From: Candidatus Electronema halotolerans
Lineage (GTDB): Bacteria; Desulfobacterota; Desulfobulbia; Desulfobulbales; Desulfobulbaceae
Reading direction: 5' to 3'
Assembly: GCA_942493095.1 (NCBI GenBank)
Contig: OW818675.1
Coordinates: forward strand, 1,470,001 to 1,502,000
DNA length: 32,000 nucleotides
A program made the position numbers and the translations under genes. Positions 16,044 through 26,110 of the stretch are shown here, piece by piece. The notes under the pieces were generated by a model. It was given only the letters and a program-made list of their open reading frames with translations. It was not told where the DNA came from and did not search any database. The stretch's first letter is position 1. Each line of letters opens with the position of its first letter.

Positions 16044-18392
16044 TTACTGTTGTTTGCCTTCAACCTGCTTCAGTCTGTTCTGAATGCCGACATTCTTTGG
16101 GTCAATGAGCAGAGCCTGCTTGTACTCTTCAATGGCCCGGTCATCAATGCCGCTGTCTCGATAGAAATCGCCCAAGTAGATATGAAAGGGCGCATAGTCA
16201 GGCAGATAACGGATGCCCTCCCGCAGAACTGCCGCCGCCTTGTCCTGCTCCTTGAGCTTCCGATAATGCTGGAACACAGCCATAAAATAGTATGGTTTTG
16301 GCTGCGGCTCCTGCGCAATGAATGCAAGAGCCTGTTCAAGGAAATAGCCGCTGTCCTCCTCCTTGCCTGCGGCCCGGCTCAGATTGGCGGTATCAATCCA
16401 CGCTGAAGTCAGGTCAGGAAGAATGCTGGCTGTTTCCTCTTTGGAGAAGTCCTGCGCTGTCAGCAGCGGAAAGACGCTTTTCAGCAGCCGGGGGTCATGC
16501 CGCAGCTCCTGGCGCAGAACCTTGAATGCTTCGGTCCAGTGCTTGCGAGACAGCTCAAAGTCAACCCAAGTGCTGAAAGGCCCTTCTTTCAGTTTGGCGC
16601 GGGCATAGCCGGTCTGCACTAACTTGCGGCCTTGGTCCAAATCAGTTTTGGCCACTTCCAAGCCAGCAGCCTGCAAATAATAACCCTCCATTGGCTCCAT
16701 GCGGGCGGCTTCCGTGTAGAACTGCAAGGCCTCATCATTTTTTTGCTGATATTGCCTGATATTGCCCAAGGCATAGCGGTAGTTGCTGCTGAGAGGAGCT
16801 TTTCGGGCAGACTCTTCCAGCAGTTTGTTCAGAATTGGCAGCTGTTGCTCCAAATCAAAATTGGTTGATTCAGAGACGGTTCGTGCTTGGTTGTAATAGC
16901 GGTCAGCAAGAAAAAAGCTGCCTTGCAGGCGCAGCATGGCCAAAAGGAACACGGCGGCAGTGGCAAAGATGACAATGCGCGTCGTTTTTGGGGAAGCGGA
17001 CAAAGGCAGCAGAGTGGGCCGTTTCCGGTAATGCTGCCGGGTATGACCGGCTGAGACCAGCAGGCCGCAAAGCAAGAAAAAATACAAGCTGTTGGCCCAG
17101 TTGTGCAAATTGAAATCCGTGAGGCTGAAGAAAAGCAATCCGGCAATGCCGCTGAAAGCGCCAACAGCGGTCAGAACAGACAGCCGTTCATGCCGCCGGA
17201 AAATCATCCGCCAGCCGCTCTGCAGCACAGCCATGACAAACCAAGCTGCCAAGAAGAATGCGATCAGGCCGCCGTCACTGAGCAGCTCTAAATAATCATT
17301 ATGAGCATGATCATAGATCAGGCTGTCAGCAAAGCTCTTGTATTTGGGAAAAATATCGAGAAAGGTGCCAAAGCCGGTGCCAGTGAGAGGAAAATCAGGA
17401 ATGATTTTGACTGCATCTTTCCAGATGGTCAATCGCGCATCCTGAACAGCCCCTTCATTGAAATCAACCGCCCGTTCAAACTTGGCAACAATGGCATCCC
17501 AGCTGAACCAGCCTCCGGCGGCCAGCAGGCCGAGAAGCAGGAAGAGCAGGGTCCATGTTTGAATCTTGCCCTGACTGCGGGCCAAGATGAGAAAAAAGAG
17601 CAGCATGGCAAAGGCGAGACTGAGAAAACCGCCTCGTGACTGGGCCAGCAGCACCGAGGCGATGACCACAATCACGCCAAAGCCGAAAAAGAGATGCAGA
17701 CTGGCTCCGGTGCCAGAAAAGAGATGCAGGAGCCGCTCCCGGAAGGGTTCGTCAGGGTCAGCAATTGGACGATGCCGCAGGAAAAGGGCCAGCAGCAGCG
17801 GGCAGGTCATGACCATGAACCCGGCGTACTGATTTTTATAGACCCAAGGGCCAAACGAGCCATGCACGTGCTCCATTTTCCGAATAAAAAACAAGCTGTC
17901 CGGGGCGGCGGCCCGCTGGAGCATGGAGACAAAGGCGATGAACAGGGTCAGCCAGACCACGCTGGCGACTGTTGCCGACAGCCGCCTGCTGGAGGTGAGA
18001 AGCTGAATTGTCAGCAGATAGAAGAGGAGATAACTCGTGAAGCGCAGGGCTTCAAACAGCGTGGCCTGCGGATTGATGGTCAGAGGTATCCACGAGTCCG
18101 GCGGCAGGAGATCAAGAACTGGCTGATAGACAGCAACCGTCTGCGGTGAGATGACTTGCACCGCCCCCACTGGCAGCGGCACAAGCTGAACATAGCTCCA
18201 GACAAGGAAGAGCAGAAAAGGCAGCAGGCCGGGAGACCGATAAAACTGTGCTTTGCGGCCAGGCCTGGGCCGGAACCAGAGCAGAACAGCCACGCCCGCC
18301 AGCAGCTGGGCAATGACCGTTGACCAGACCTCTGTGGTGCCAAAGGCCAGCGGGGCAAAAAAAAGAACAATGAGAAAAACAGCAAAAGCCAT
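16044..18392 (-). CDS. O-antigen ligase / Wzy-like polymerase with C-terminal TPR region
   Basis: Multi-TM protein 'APLAFGTTEVWSTVIAQLLAG', 'GTGFGTFLDIFPKYKSFADSLIYDHAHNDYLELLSDGG'; C-terminus TPR-like 'APFHIYLGDFYRDSGIDDRAIEEYKQALLIDPKN'. Confidence 0.9.
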   Translation of the reverse strand: MAFAVFLIVLFFAPLAFGTTEVWSTVIAQLLAGVAVLLWFRPRPGRKAQFYRSPGLLPFLLFLVWSYVQLVPLPVGAVQVISPQTVAVYQPVLDLLPPDSWIPLTINPQATLFEALRFTSYLLFYLLTIQLLTSSRRLSATVASVVWLTLFIAFVSMLQRAAAPDSLFFIRKMEHVHGSFGPWVYKNQYAGFMVMTCPLLLALFLRHRPIADPDEPFRERLLHLFSGTGASLHLFFGFGVIVVIASVLLAQSRGGFLSLAFAMLLFFLILARSQGKIQTWTLLFLLLGLLAAGGWFSWDAIVAKFERAVDFNEGAVQDARLTIWKDAVKIIPDFPLTGTGFGTFLDIFPKYKSFADSLIYDHAHNDYLELLSDGGLIAFFLAAWFVMAVLQSGWRMIFRRHERLSVLTAVGAFSGIAGLLFFSLTDFNLHNWANSLYFFLLCGLLVSAGHTRQHYRKRPTLLPLSASPKTTRIVIFATAAVFLLAMLRLQGSFFLADRYYNQARTVSESTNFDLEQQLPILNKLLEESARKAPLSSNYRYALGNIRQYQQKNDEALQFYTEAARMEPMEGYYLQAAGLEVAKTDLDQGRKLVQTGYARAKLKEGPFSTWVDFELSRKHWTEAFKVLRQELRHDPRLLKSVFPLLTAQDFSKEETASILPDLTSAWIDTANLSRAAGKEEDSGYFLEQALAFIAQEPQPKPYYFMAVFQHYRKLKEQDKAAAVLREGIRYLPDYAPFHIYLGDFYRDSGIDDRAIEEYKQALLIDPKNVGIQNRLKQVEGKQQ

Positions 18393-18404
18393 GCCAAATG
18401 GAGA

Positions 18405-20747
18405 TCAGGCTTCCTGTTCAGGTTCTGCTTTTTTTTTCTTCTTTTTTTTGCCGCTGTCCTCCTGATAATAGCTGCTGTAGCCGCTGTAGCGCGAATAATG
18501 GGAATAGTAGGAGTAATACCCGTAATAGCCCCGATCTACATGTTTTTTCTTCAGGCGGTTGAGAACGATGCCCAGCAGATGGCCATGTCCTTCCCGCAGC
18601 CGCTTGATGCCGCTGTCCAGCATCTCGTAGGTGGTTCTGCCTGCATGCACCACTACCACAGTGCCGTCGGCAATCGGCGACAGGGCCAGACTGTCTGTGA
18701 CCTGCTGCACTGGCGGCGAATCGAGCAGAACAAAGTCGAACTGCTCTTGGGTTTCCTTGACAAGCTGGACCATTCTGGTCGAGTTGAGCAGCTCCGCCGG
18801 ATTGGGTGGCACCGGCCCGGAGGTGATCAGATAAACTTCGCTGTCCGGCACTTGATGAATCAGAGTCTTATTTTCCTCAACATTGCCGGACAGATAATTG
18901 CTAAGACCGTAGTTGTTGACAATACTGAACATGGAATGCTGCCGAGGCCGACGCATGTCACAGTCAATGATCAGCACTTTCTTGTCGTTCTGGGCCAGAA
19001 TATGAGCCAAGTTCTTGGTGGTGGTTGACTTGCCCTCCTGCTGCACCATGCTGGTCATCAGAATGACTCTGGGCGGATGCTCAGGCGTGGAGAGCAGCAG
19101 GCCGGAGCGGATCAGGCGGTAGCTTTCCGCAGTCGGTGTCAGAGGATTGTCACGGACAAAGGTTTCAATATTATGCTTCTTGGGATTCATGTCCTCGACC
19201 GACCCAAGGACTGTCAGGCCGTAGCGCGTCTCAATTTCCGAACCGGATTTGACTGTGTTGTCCAAATAATCCAAGAAGAAAATCAGTCCCAGTCCGCCGC
19301 CCAAGCCGAGCACCAGACCGACTAACAGATACATTTTTTTATTCGGCTTGGAAGGAAATTTTGGCAGTTCCGCTTTTTTGACCGCCCAAATTTTGATGTC
19401 CATAGACTGGGCAGTGACATCTGTGGTCTTGATGCTGGAGGCGAGCGCTTCATAGATGGTGCGGTTCATCTCCTTGTTCCGATTGAGAATCGAATACTGG
19501 GCAAACCGTTCGTTCGTGTTCTGTAGTTCAGCCTTGGTTTCCTCCATCATCTCCTTGATGTCCCGCACTTTGGCCTTGGCCAGCTCATAAGCGTTTTTCG
19601 CCGAGGCCGTGATCCGGTCTATTTCCTGCCGCCGCGCCTGCTGCAGCACCCGCCGCTCCCCCAGAGCCTGCTGCATGGCCGGATGCTTGCGCCCGTATTT
19701 TGCCGACAGCTCCCGCACCTTCTGCTCCGAAGTCACGAGCTGAGTGCGAATCTGCCGCAGAACAGTGCTGTCAGCAAAGAGCGGAATGGTCTCCAAGGCA
19801 TCGTAATTTTTCCCGGCCCGCTCAATCTGCCGATAGATGGCCTCCTGCTCCTTTTCTTTGGTTTGCGCATCAGACAGCTCTTTGCTGAAGCCGGACAGCC
19901 GCTCCGGCAGCACCGTGAGCCGGTTCTCCACCGTGACAATGTCATTCTTGCGCATGTAGTCTTGGAGCGTCTGCTCTGCTTGGTCCAGCTTTTTCCGCTC
20001 CTCCTCAGCCTTGGCGGTCATCCACTGGAGGGCATTCCGGGCTGTGCTGGTTTTGATGTCCATAGTTTCATCAATATAGGCCTGGACCAGCGCATCCGCC
20101 ACGAGCTGGGCCATCTCCGGCTTCTCGTGAGTGTAGAACACATCTGCCAGCTTGGTGTTCCTGACTGGACTGACATCAATATTCTGCTGGATGATCTTGG
20201 CGATCTTTTGCGTGTCACTTTCTGGTTCGGCAACGATTTTTTCACTGTCGTCCTCATCTCCAGCCGCCAGCAAGGCTGCCTCCTCCTGAGCAAGCTGCGG
20301 GCTGACCAGTCCCTCAAGGGCGGCAACCGCATCACTGATCAACGAGGAGAGCCAGTCAATGACCTGAGCAGGCAGGCCCGGCTCCACTGGTTTGTCGGTA
20401 AGAAAATAATGCCGGTATTTCGTGTCAAGATGCAGGTTTGTCACCACCCGCAAGACAACGCTCTGGCTGAGTATCGTCTGAAATTGGGTTTCTTGAAAGC
20501 TGGGGTCCCAGCCTGCATACGGGCTGTTCGCGCCTTCAATCCGGCCCATGTCAAAATTTTTGTCAATCAGCACTCTGGTGGAGGCGGTGTAAAGCGGGAC
20601 TTTGGAAAAAGCGGACAGGACAGCGGCAATAACACAAATGCTGACGATAGTCACCAGCAGCCCTTTGCGTTTGGAGACAATGCGCAGATAATCACGCAGG
20701 TGCAGCTCCTTCTCCGGCCCTTCCTGGAGGGTGTCTTCAGAATGCAT
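18405..20747 (-). CDS. Polysaccharide biosynthesis tyrosine autokinase (Wzc/BY-kinase type, fused chain-length determinant and kinase)
   Basis: N-terminal Wzz-like region with two TM segments, coiled coil; 'QQEGKSTTTKNLAHILAQNDKKVLIIDCDMRRPRQH'; Tyr-rich tail. Confidence 0.93.
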   Translation of the reverse strand: MHSEDTLQEGPEKELHLRDYLRIVSKRKGLLVTIVSICVIAAVLSAFSKVPLYTASTRVLIDKNFDMGRIEGANSPYAGWDPSFQETQFQTILSQSVVLRVVTNLHLDTKYRHYFLTDKPVEPGLPAQVIDWLSSLISDAVAALEGLVSPQLAQEEAALLAAGDEDDSEKIVAEPESDTQKIAKIIQQNIDVSPVRNTKLADVFYTHEKPEMAQLVADALVQAYIDETMDIKTSTARNALQWMTAKAEEERKKLDQAEQTLQDYMRKNDIVTVENRLTVLPERLSGFSKELSDAQTKEKEQEAIYRQIERAGKNYDALETIPLFADSTVLRQIRTQLVTSEQKVRELSAKYGRKHPAMQQALGERRVLQQARRQEIDRITASAKNAYELAKAKVRDIKEMMEETKAELQNTNERFAQYSILNRNKEMNRTIYEALASSIKTTDVTAQSMDIKIWAVKKAELPKFPSKPNKKMYLLVGLVLGLGGGLGLIFFLDYLDNTVKSGSEIETRYGLTVLGSVEDMNPKKHNIETFVRDNPLTPTAESYRLIRSGLLLSTPEHPPRVILMTSMVQQEGKSTTTKNLAHILAQNDKKVLIIDCDMRRPRQHSMFSIVNNYGLSNYLSGNVEENKTLIHQVPDSEVYLITSGPVPPNPAELLNSTRMVQLVKETQEQFDFVLLDSPPVQQVTDSLALSPIADGTVVVVHAGRTTYEMLDSGIKRLREGHGHLLGIVLNRLKKKHVDRGYYGYYSYYSHYSRYSGYSSYYQEDSGKKKKKKKAEPEQEA

Positions 20748-20818
20748 TTCTTTGAGAGGCTAAGTATAAAAAATCGGAATGACAAGCGGAACCGGCCTGA
20801 CCGACCGGTCAGACATGC

Positions 20819-21637
20819 TCAGAAAAAGCTTTCCGGCACTTCGATGACATCATCTTGCAGCACTTTTGCATCTAAACTGACATGTTCCAGCACCTGCTTT
20901 TTTCCGTTGACAATCCGGTTGATCTTGATGCGTGAGTCCGCTGCCATGCCGGTGAAGCCGCTGGCCAAGGAGACCACTTTGAGCACGGTGATATTTTCTA
21001 TCCACGGGTAGGAGCCGGGACGTTTGACTTGTCCAGTGATGTAGCAGACCGGCGGCTCGCCCTCGGCCACTGCCACTGTTTCGCCGCCCATGATGGGAAT
21101 GTTGCTGGCGGCATCGCTGTCTTCAATCAGTTTTTTCACATCAAGGGTGACAGTCTTGCCGTTCTCGCTGGTCACTGTAATGGTGTCGCCTGCGTCTTTG
21201 CTCAAACCGCCGGCCTTGGAAATCAATTCCAGTAGGGTGGTCGGCCCGCTCAGTTCAATCAGGCCCGGTCGGTTGAACGGCCCCAGCGCGGCCACCTTCT
21301 TGCTTCTGAATTCTTCAATGTAAATTTGCACCTGCGGATTGACTATGTAGCCATCAGCAAGCATGATTTCAATTTTTCTCGCTGCGGCCGAGGTCTTGAT
21401 GCCGCCGACCCGCACGGTGCCGATGAGCGGAAAATCAATGTCTCCACTTTCTGAAACCCGGACTTTTGTCTTCAGTTCGTCGTAGCCATAAACAGAGATG
21501 GAGAGCACGTCTCCTGCGCCGATCTGATAATCCTCGGCTGCTGCGGGCAAAGCCGGCAGCAGCAGACGGCAGAGCAGAAACAGGGAGAAGATTTTCAGCA
21601 GCAGGCCAGCCGAAAAGAAGGAAGAACGTGTTTTCAT
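20819..21637 (-). CDS. Polysaccharide export protein (Wza-like, SLBB domains)
   Basis: 'YQIGAGDVLSISVYGYDELKTKVRVSESGDIDFPLIGTVRVGG', later 'VYITGQVKRPGSYPW'. Confidence 0.93.
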   Translation of the reverse strand: MKTRSSFFSAGLLLKIFSLFLLCRLLLPALPAAAEDYQIGAGDVLSISVYGYDELKTKVRVSESGDIDFPLIGTVRVGGIKTSAAARKIEIMLADGYIVNPQVQIYIEEFRSKKVAALGPFNRPGLIELSGPTTLLELISKAGGLSKDAGDTITVTSENGKTVTLDVKKLIEDSDAASNIPIMGGETVAVAEGEPPVCYITGQVKRPGSYPWIENITVLKVVSLASGFTGMAADSRIKINRIVNGKKQVLEHVSLDAKVLQDDVIEVPESFF

Positions 21638-21749
21638 AAGTAGGAACAGATGTTGAGGAATCTACAGACACATTCGCGTGCTCATCTTCTCCGTCTGCCC
21701 TGCGGCGGCACAGGCGAAAAAGATGAGCAGCAATTCAATCAGATGCAGC

Positions 21750-23159
21750 TCAGAACGATCCCCGGACACCAAAGCCGATGGTGCTGGTGTCGTAATCCAG
21801 CCCCTCGTAGTCGGAATCTTTGGTGTCGTAGCTGAAATAGGCGTTCAGGAACAGCCACTTGTTGACAGCGAACTGCACCTGCGGCTTGAAGTACCAGCGG
21901 TCATCATTGCGGGTGCCGCCGCCGAACTGCGCATACTCAGAATCTTCATAGACAAGATTGACATCGCCCCGGAGCCGGTCTGTGAACCGGTGATCAAGGG
22001 CAACCCGGAAGGAGAGCACGCTCTTGTTCTGAGCCATCTCGCTGTCTGACTGCTCAATGCTGTACTTGGCATTCAGCAGCAGGTTGCTTTTCACGGTCGC
22101 ATGCCATATTCCTTGGGTCTCGAAGTAGAAAGTTGAGTCGCTGTCATCGTAGGTGGTGTAGTAATACGGACTGCTCGGACTCAACTCGTCGTAATCAACA
22201 GACTGGATGCCGGCTTTGGCCATCAGGTTGGTTTTGACCGTGGCCTGCCAGTTGATGCCGCCTGCGAGGAAGTTGTTGTCGTTATCCGGCATTTGCTCCT
22301 CATCATACGCGGCAACAAGATACTGATATTGAGCAAAGAAGTTGGTCTTGCCGCTGTACTCGTAATAAACGGCGAGATCAAAGCCGTTGTCTGTGCGGTT
22401 CATGTAGTCATTGATATCCTCGTCATACTCCAAGAAAAAGTTTCTGTACGCCGCCTTGGCGGAAAACTTGTCCTTGGAATACCATGCCGCGCCCAGACCG
22501 AACACGTTTGAGTCATAAATACGGTCGTTCTCCTGGGTTGCCTCGGCAATGTTGTAAATATCCTGACTGTGGGTATATTTGTCCAGAGCTTGGAAGGTGA
22601 GCTTCTCGCCGGGCCGGTACTGGAACATCGCCTCAAGGTCGCCTTCTGTATGATTCAGGTCAGAATTCTCCGAGTAGGCCTTGTAGTCAAGTCCAGCGGC
22701 AAGATACGCCTGCATCCTGGTGTACACATCTGTGTCAGGCGGAGAATATTGCAGGCCGCCAATAGCAGTGTTGTCAGAGACAAGCTGGATGGGCCGCTTG
22801 GACCGTCTCGGCAGTGTCAGCCAGACAGACGGTGATATCTGGGTCAGAAAATTGCTCTTCTTGTCCGCATCGGTGTTGTAGATGTTGTCTGTCCACTCGC
22901 CCCTCGCGCCCAAGGCGGCATGAACATAGCCATTGCGATAGCCGAAGACATAGCCCTCATCAGAATCAGAAGAGGCATCCTCCTCGCCCGCATCATAAGC
23001 ATCAGCAGGTTGAGCTTCCTCTGGGCGATCCACTATGGTTGTCATCTCCTGACCGCCAGCCTCGCCGCCAGCGTCACTGCTGACCGTTGCTTCTGTCTGT
23101 GCCTGGGCCTGAGCCGCAAGGAAGAGCACCAGCACACCTGCATAATATTTCTTCATCAT
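21750..23159 (-). CDS. Outer-membrane beta-barrel protein associated with exopolysaccharide export
   Basis: Signal peptide 'MMKKYYAGVLVLFLAAQAQAQ', repeated aromatic/polar beta-strand pattern, terminal 'STIGFGVRGSF'. SD AAAGGAGAG upstream of 23159. Confidence 0.82.
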   Translation of the reverse strand: MMKKYYAGVLVLFLAAQAQAQTEATVSSDAGGEAGGQEMTTIVDRPEEAQPADAYDAGEEDASSDSDEGYVFGYRNGYVHAALGARGEWTDNIYNTDADKKSNFLTQISPSVWLTLPRRSKRPIQLVSDNTAIGGLQYSPPDTDVYTRMQAYLAAGLDYKAYSENSDLNHTEGDLEAMFQYRPGEKLTFQALDKYTHSQDIYNIAEATQENDRIYDSNVFGLGAAWYSKDKFSAKAAYRNFFLEYDEDINDYMNRTDNGFDLAVYYEYSGKTNFFAQYQYLVAAYDEEQMPDNDNNFLAGGINWQATVKTNLMAKAGIQSVDYDELSPSSPYYYTTYDDSDSTFYFETQGIWHATVKSNLLLNAKYSIEQSDSEMAQNKSVLSFRVALDHRFTDRLRGDVNLVYEDSEYAQFGGGTRNDDRWYFKPQVQFAVNKWLFLNAYFSYDTKDSDYEGLDYDTSTIGFGVRGSF

Positions 23160-23195
23160 TCTCTCCTTTGATTTTGCGTTCATTGTCCAGACAGC

Positions 23196-23756
23196 TTACG
23201 GAATGCTCGGGCTGACAGGGGGAGGCAGCGGCGGCGGCATTATTGACGTGCCGCTGCTTGAGCTGCTTGTTCCAGAACCGCCGCCAGATGAACCGCCCGC
23301 CGTTCCGCCAGTATTGACAACCGGAGGAACTTCGGGGACATTAATGCCTGTCGGAGGAGTTCCCGGCAAACCGCTGTCTCCAGAAGGAATTTCTGTTTCC
23401 AAAATATCCCGGTCGGTTAAGGCGATTTTCGAGCCGCACTCCTCAATGCTCTGCTGCAAGGCGGATTTGATGTCTTTAGGGATGATGCCCAGCGCGCTGG
23501 CAGCCCGGTCAACAACATCGACATCCACACCAGCGCAGTACAGGGCTTTCATGGAAAGCTGCTCGCTGAATTTTTCCCTGTTCTTCAGCACATAATCCAA
23601 GATGGCCTGCGGCGTGACATCATCGGCAAGGGCGTTCTCTATGGCCACATCAAGGCCAAACTTGTCATAATCCTTTGTAAAATCTTCAGTCCAAGCGGCA
23701 AAGGCCTGCCCGCTCATCAGCAGAAAAAACAGAGCTGCTGCCAATGCTTTTTTCAT
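23196..23756 (-). CDS. Small exported protein with Gly/Ser/Pro low-complexity C-terminus
   Basis: Signal peptide 'MKKALAAALFFLLMSGQAFAA', SD AGGAGA upstream; C-terminus 'NTGGTAGGSSGGGSGTSSSSSGTSIMPPPLPPPVSPSIP'. Confidence 0.82.
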   Translation of the reverse strand: MKKALAAALFFLLMSGQAFAAWTEDFTKDYDKFGLDVAIENALADDVTPQAILDYVLKNREKFSEQLSMKALYCAGVDVDVVDRAASALGIIPKDIKSALQQSIEECGSKIALTDRDILETEIPSGDSGLPGTPPTGINVPEVPPVVNTGGTAGGSSGGGSGTSSSSSGTSIMPPPLPPPVSPSIP

Positions 23757-23810
23757 CAGCGTTCTCCTGTGGTGATTGTGATTGTTCCTCTTGGCTAAGA
23801 ATAGCATTTT

Positions 23811-24344
23811 TTATACTTTCTGCCCACAAGAAAAACAAGTTTTTTCACCCTCTGGCTGTGTGAAAGAAAGCAGCACTGACTTGCGTTCCGGCACAAACTG
23901 CCTGCATGACACGCCTGCCTTGGCAAACATGATTTTTGCCGCCCTGACTGAATCTGTGTCCTTGTACTTGTCCGACAAGTAGATGATCTCCCGGATGCCG
24001 GACTGAATGATCACCTTGCCGCATTCATTGCAGGGGAACAGGGCCACGTAAATTCGGCAGTCGTGCAGGTCGCGGGCAGTTGAATTGAGCACCGCGTTCA
24101 GCTCGGCATGACAGACATAAGGATATTTGGTCTCCAAATACGCGCCTTCGCGGTCCCAAGGCAGCTCGTCGTCTGAGCAGCCCCACGGGAAGCCGTTATA
24201 GCCCACACCAATAATTTTATTGGATGAATTTGCCACACAGGCCCCGACTCTGGTGTTCGGGTCTTTGGAGCGCAGCCCGGAGAGCAGGGCCACGGCCATG
24301 AAATATTCGTCCCAAGAAAGATAATCCGTGCGCTTGCCAGCCAC
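23811..24344 (-). CDS. Deoxycytidylate (dCMP) deaminase
   Basis: Zinc motifs 'CHAELNAVLN' and 'FPCNECGKVIIQSG'; 'LRSKDPNTRVGACV'. Confidence 0.92.
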   Translation of the reverse strand: MAGKRTDYLSWDEYFMAVALLSGLRSKDPNTRVGACVANSSNKIIGVGYNGFPWGCSDDELPWDREGAYLETKYPYVCHAELNAVLNSTARDLHDCRIYVALFPCNECGKVIIQSGIREIIYLSDKYKDTDSVRAAKIMFAKAGVSCRQFVPERKSVLLSFTQPEGEKTCFSCGQKV

Positions 24345-24346
24345 GT

Positions 24347-25279
24347 CTATTCCTCCTTGTCTTGCTGCGCGTCTTTGAACTGTTTCCGCCGCTTGCGCCA
24401 GTCGTCCGCACCTGTGGCCTGCCGGACAAAACGGCTGACAGCCTGAAAATAGTATTTGCCGCCCACGGCAATCAGCGAGTTATGGTCTGCGCCCGGCACA
24501 ACTTGCAGCTCCTTGCTGCGCGCCCCGCATTCGGCGTGCAGCTTTTCAGCCTGCCAAAGCGGAATCAGCGTGTCGTTGTGGCCGTGCAGGAGCAGCGTCG
24601 GCTTGGTCACTTTGCGGATTTTGCCGACATTGTTGAAGGTCTGCTCCTCAGTGAGAGGAATTTCTTTGAGCAGATCGCCCATGCCCAAGGTGGCCGCCAG
24701 TGGCAGAGTAAGGGCAAAGCCGCTGTCAATGATCAGGCCGCTGATCTCGCTGTTGTACGCAGCAGCCAGCTCGATGGCCGCTGCGGAACCGAGCGAGCGG
24801 CCCATCAGGAACAAAGCCGGGTTGCCGCCGTTTTCCTGCAAATGCTCTTGCAGCCACTTGTAGAGAACATGACTGTCTGCGAGCAGATTGGAGAAGCTCG
24901 GACTGCCGCCGCTCCAGCCGTAGCCCCGGTAATCCGTGACAAAAAAACTGAGGCCCTGTTCCACGTAAAACGGGCCGATCTCGTCATAATCTGAAACAAT
25001 TTCACCGTTGCCGTGAAAAAAAAGAATGGTCGGCGCGGCCTTGTCGGCCATGAACAGGCGGCAGCCAATGCTGATGCCCGGCTCGACTTCAACAGCAAAA
25101 TCTGCGGCCCCGGGCGGCAGAGAGGTGCGGGCGGCAGCGCGGGGCCGGAAGAGGACGTGCTGCACTTCAGGACGATTCATGGGATTGCTTTCTGTTTCCT
25201 TGGAATGCTCCGGGCCGGTGCAGCTCCAAAGCAGGGCAAGGAGCAGAATCAGCCGGAGTCCTTTTGTGTTCATCATCAA
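24347..25279 (-). CDS. Alpha/beta hydrolase, probable lipoprotein
   Basis: 'LILLLALLWSC' lipobox-like; 'TILFFHGNGEIVSDY', nucleophile elbow 'GRSLGSA', 'LLHGHNDTLIPLWQA'. Confidence 0.88.
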   Translation of the reverse strand: MMMNTKGLRLILLLALLWSCTGPEHSKETESNPMNRPEVQHVLFRPRAAARTSLPPGAADFAVEVEPGISIGCRLFMADKAAPTILFFHGNGEIVSDYDEIGPFYVEQGLSFFVTDYRGYGWSGGSPSFSNLLADSHVLYKWLQEHLQENGGNPALFLMGRSLGSAAAIELAAAYNSEISGLIIDSGFALTLPLAATLGMGDLLKEIPLTEEQTFNNVGKIRKVTKPTLLLHGHNDTLIPLWQAEKLHAECGARSKELQVVPGADHNSLIAVGGKYYFQAVSRFVRQATGADDWRKRRKQFKDAQQDKEE

Positions 25280-26106
25280 CGAGGCTGCAGCAGTCGCTCT
25301 TTTTTGCGGATGCCAGGCAGATTGGTCACTTCCGCAGACAGCTCCTCAATCGACTTGCCCTCGGTATGGACAAGCTGAATGCCGTGCTGCATATAGAGCT
25401 GCTCGGCCTGCTGCAATTCCGCCTTGCAGGTGGCAAGCTGGGCATACTTGCTGCCTCGGTAGCGCTCCTCGCGAATGCGATGAAGAAACTGCGGCGTGAC
25501 CGTCAGGCCGACAGCGCGGGCTTTGTTGCGGATGATATCCGCAGGCAGCTCGTAGGCACCCAAATGATCGGCAGTCATGGGAAAATTGGCTGCTTTCAAG
25601 CTCATGTGCGTGGCAATATAGACAGAGACCGGCGTTTTGCCGGTGCGCGACACCCCGACCAAGATGATGTCCGCCTGATCATAGCCCTCGGTCTTTTTGC
25701 CGTCGTCATGATCCAAGGTGTAGCGGATCGCCTCCACCCGTTTTTCGGTCTTGGCATCGTCGCGGTTGCGGTAAAAGCCAGGCTGATGCAGTGCCCTGGC
25801 CTCCAAAATATCTTCGAGCCGGGCAAGAAAGCCGCCGTAGAGGTCAATCATCTCAACTTCTGCCGTGTCAAAGACACGCCGCACTTCAGCCTCCATGATG
25901 GTGCAGAAAATCAGCGGCTGGAGGCCGCCGGACTGCTTCATGATCCGGGCCAAGGCCAGTTCTGCGTCCCGTTTCTCGCGGACAAAGGGTATTTTTTCCT
26001 CATGAAAGCCGATTTCCGGGAACTGGCAGAGCAGGGATTGGCCGATTTCCTCAGCCAGCAGGGCCGTGGAGTCGGAAATATAATATACATCTTTAATATT
26101 CCACAT
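25276..26106 (-). CDS. Pyruvate,phosphate dikinase regulatory protein (PPSR / DUF299 family)
   Basis: 'VYYISDSTALLAEEIGQSLLCQFP', 'DIILVGVSRTGKTPVSVYIA', 'LHRIREERYRGSKYAQLATCKAELQQAEQLYMQHGI'. ATG at 26106; ORF track start is further upstream. Confidence 0.9.
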   Translation of the reverse strand: MWNIKDVYYISDSTALLAEEIGQSLLCQFPEIGFHEEKIPFVREKRDAELALARIMKQSGGLQPLIFCTIMEAEVRRVFDTAEVEMIDLYGGFLARLEDILEARALHQPGFYRNRDDAKTEKRVEAIRYTLDHDDGKKTEGYDQADIILVGVSRTGKTPVSVYIATHMSLKAANFPMTADHLGAYELPADIIRNKARAVGLTVTPQFLHRIREERYRGSKYAQLATCKAELQQAEQLYMQHGIQLVHTEGKSIEELSAEVTNLPGIRKKERLLQPR

Positions 26107-26110
26107 AATT

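Noticed and set aside
19683-21011. 442-aa plus-strand ORF
   Set aside because: Antisense to the Wzc-like gene and part of the Wza-like gene, both with clear family motifs.
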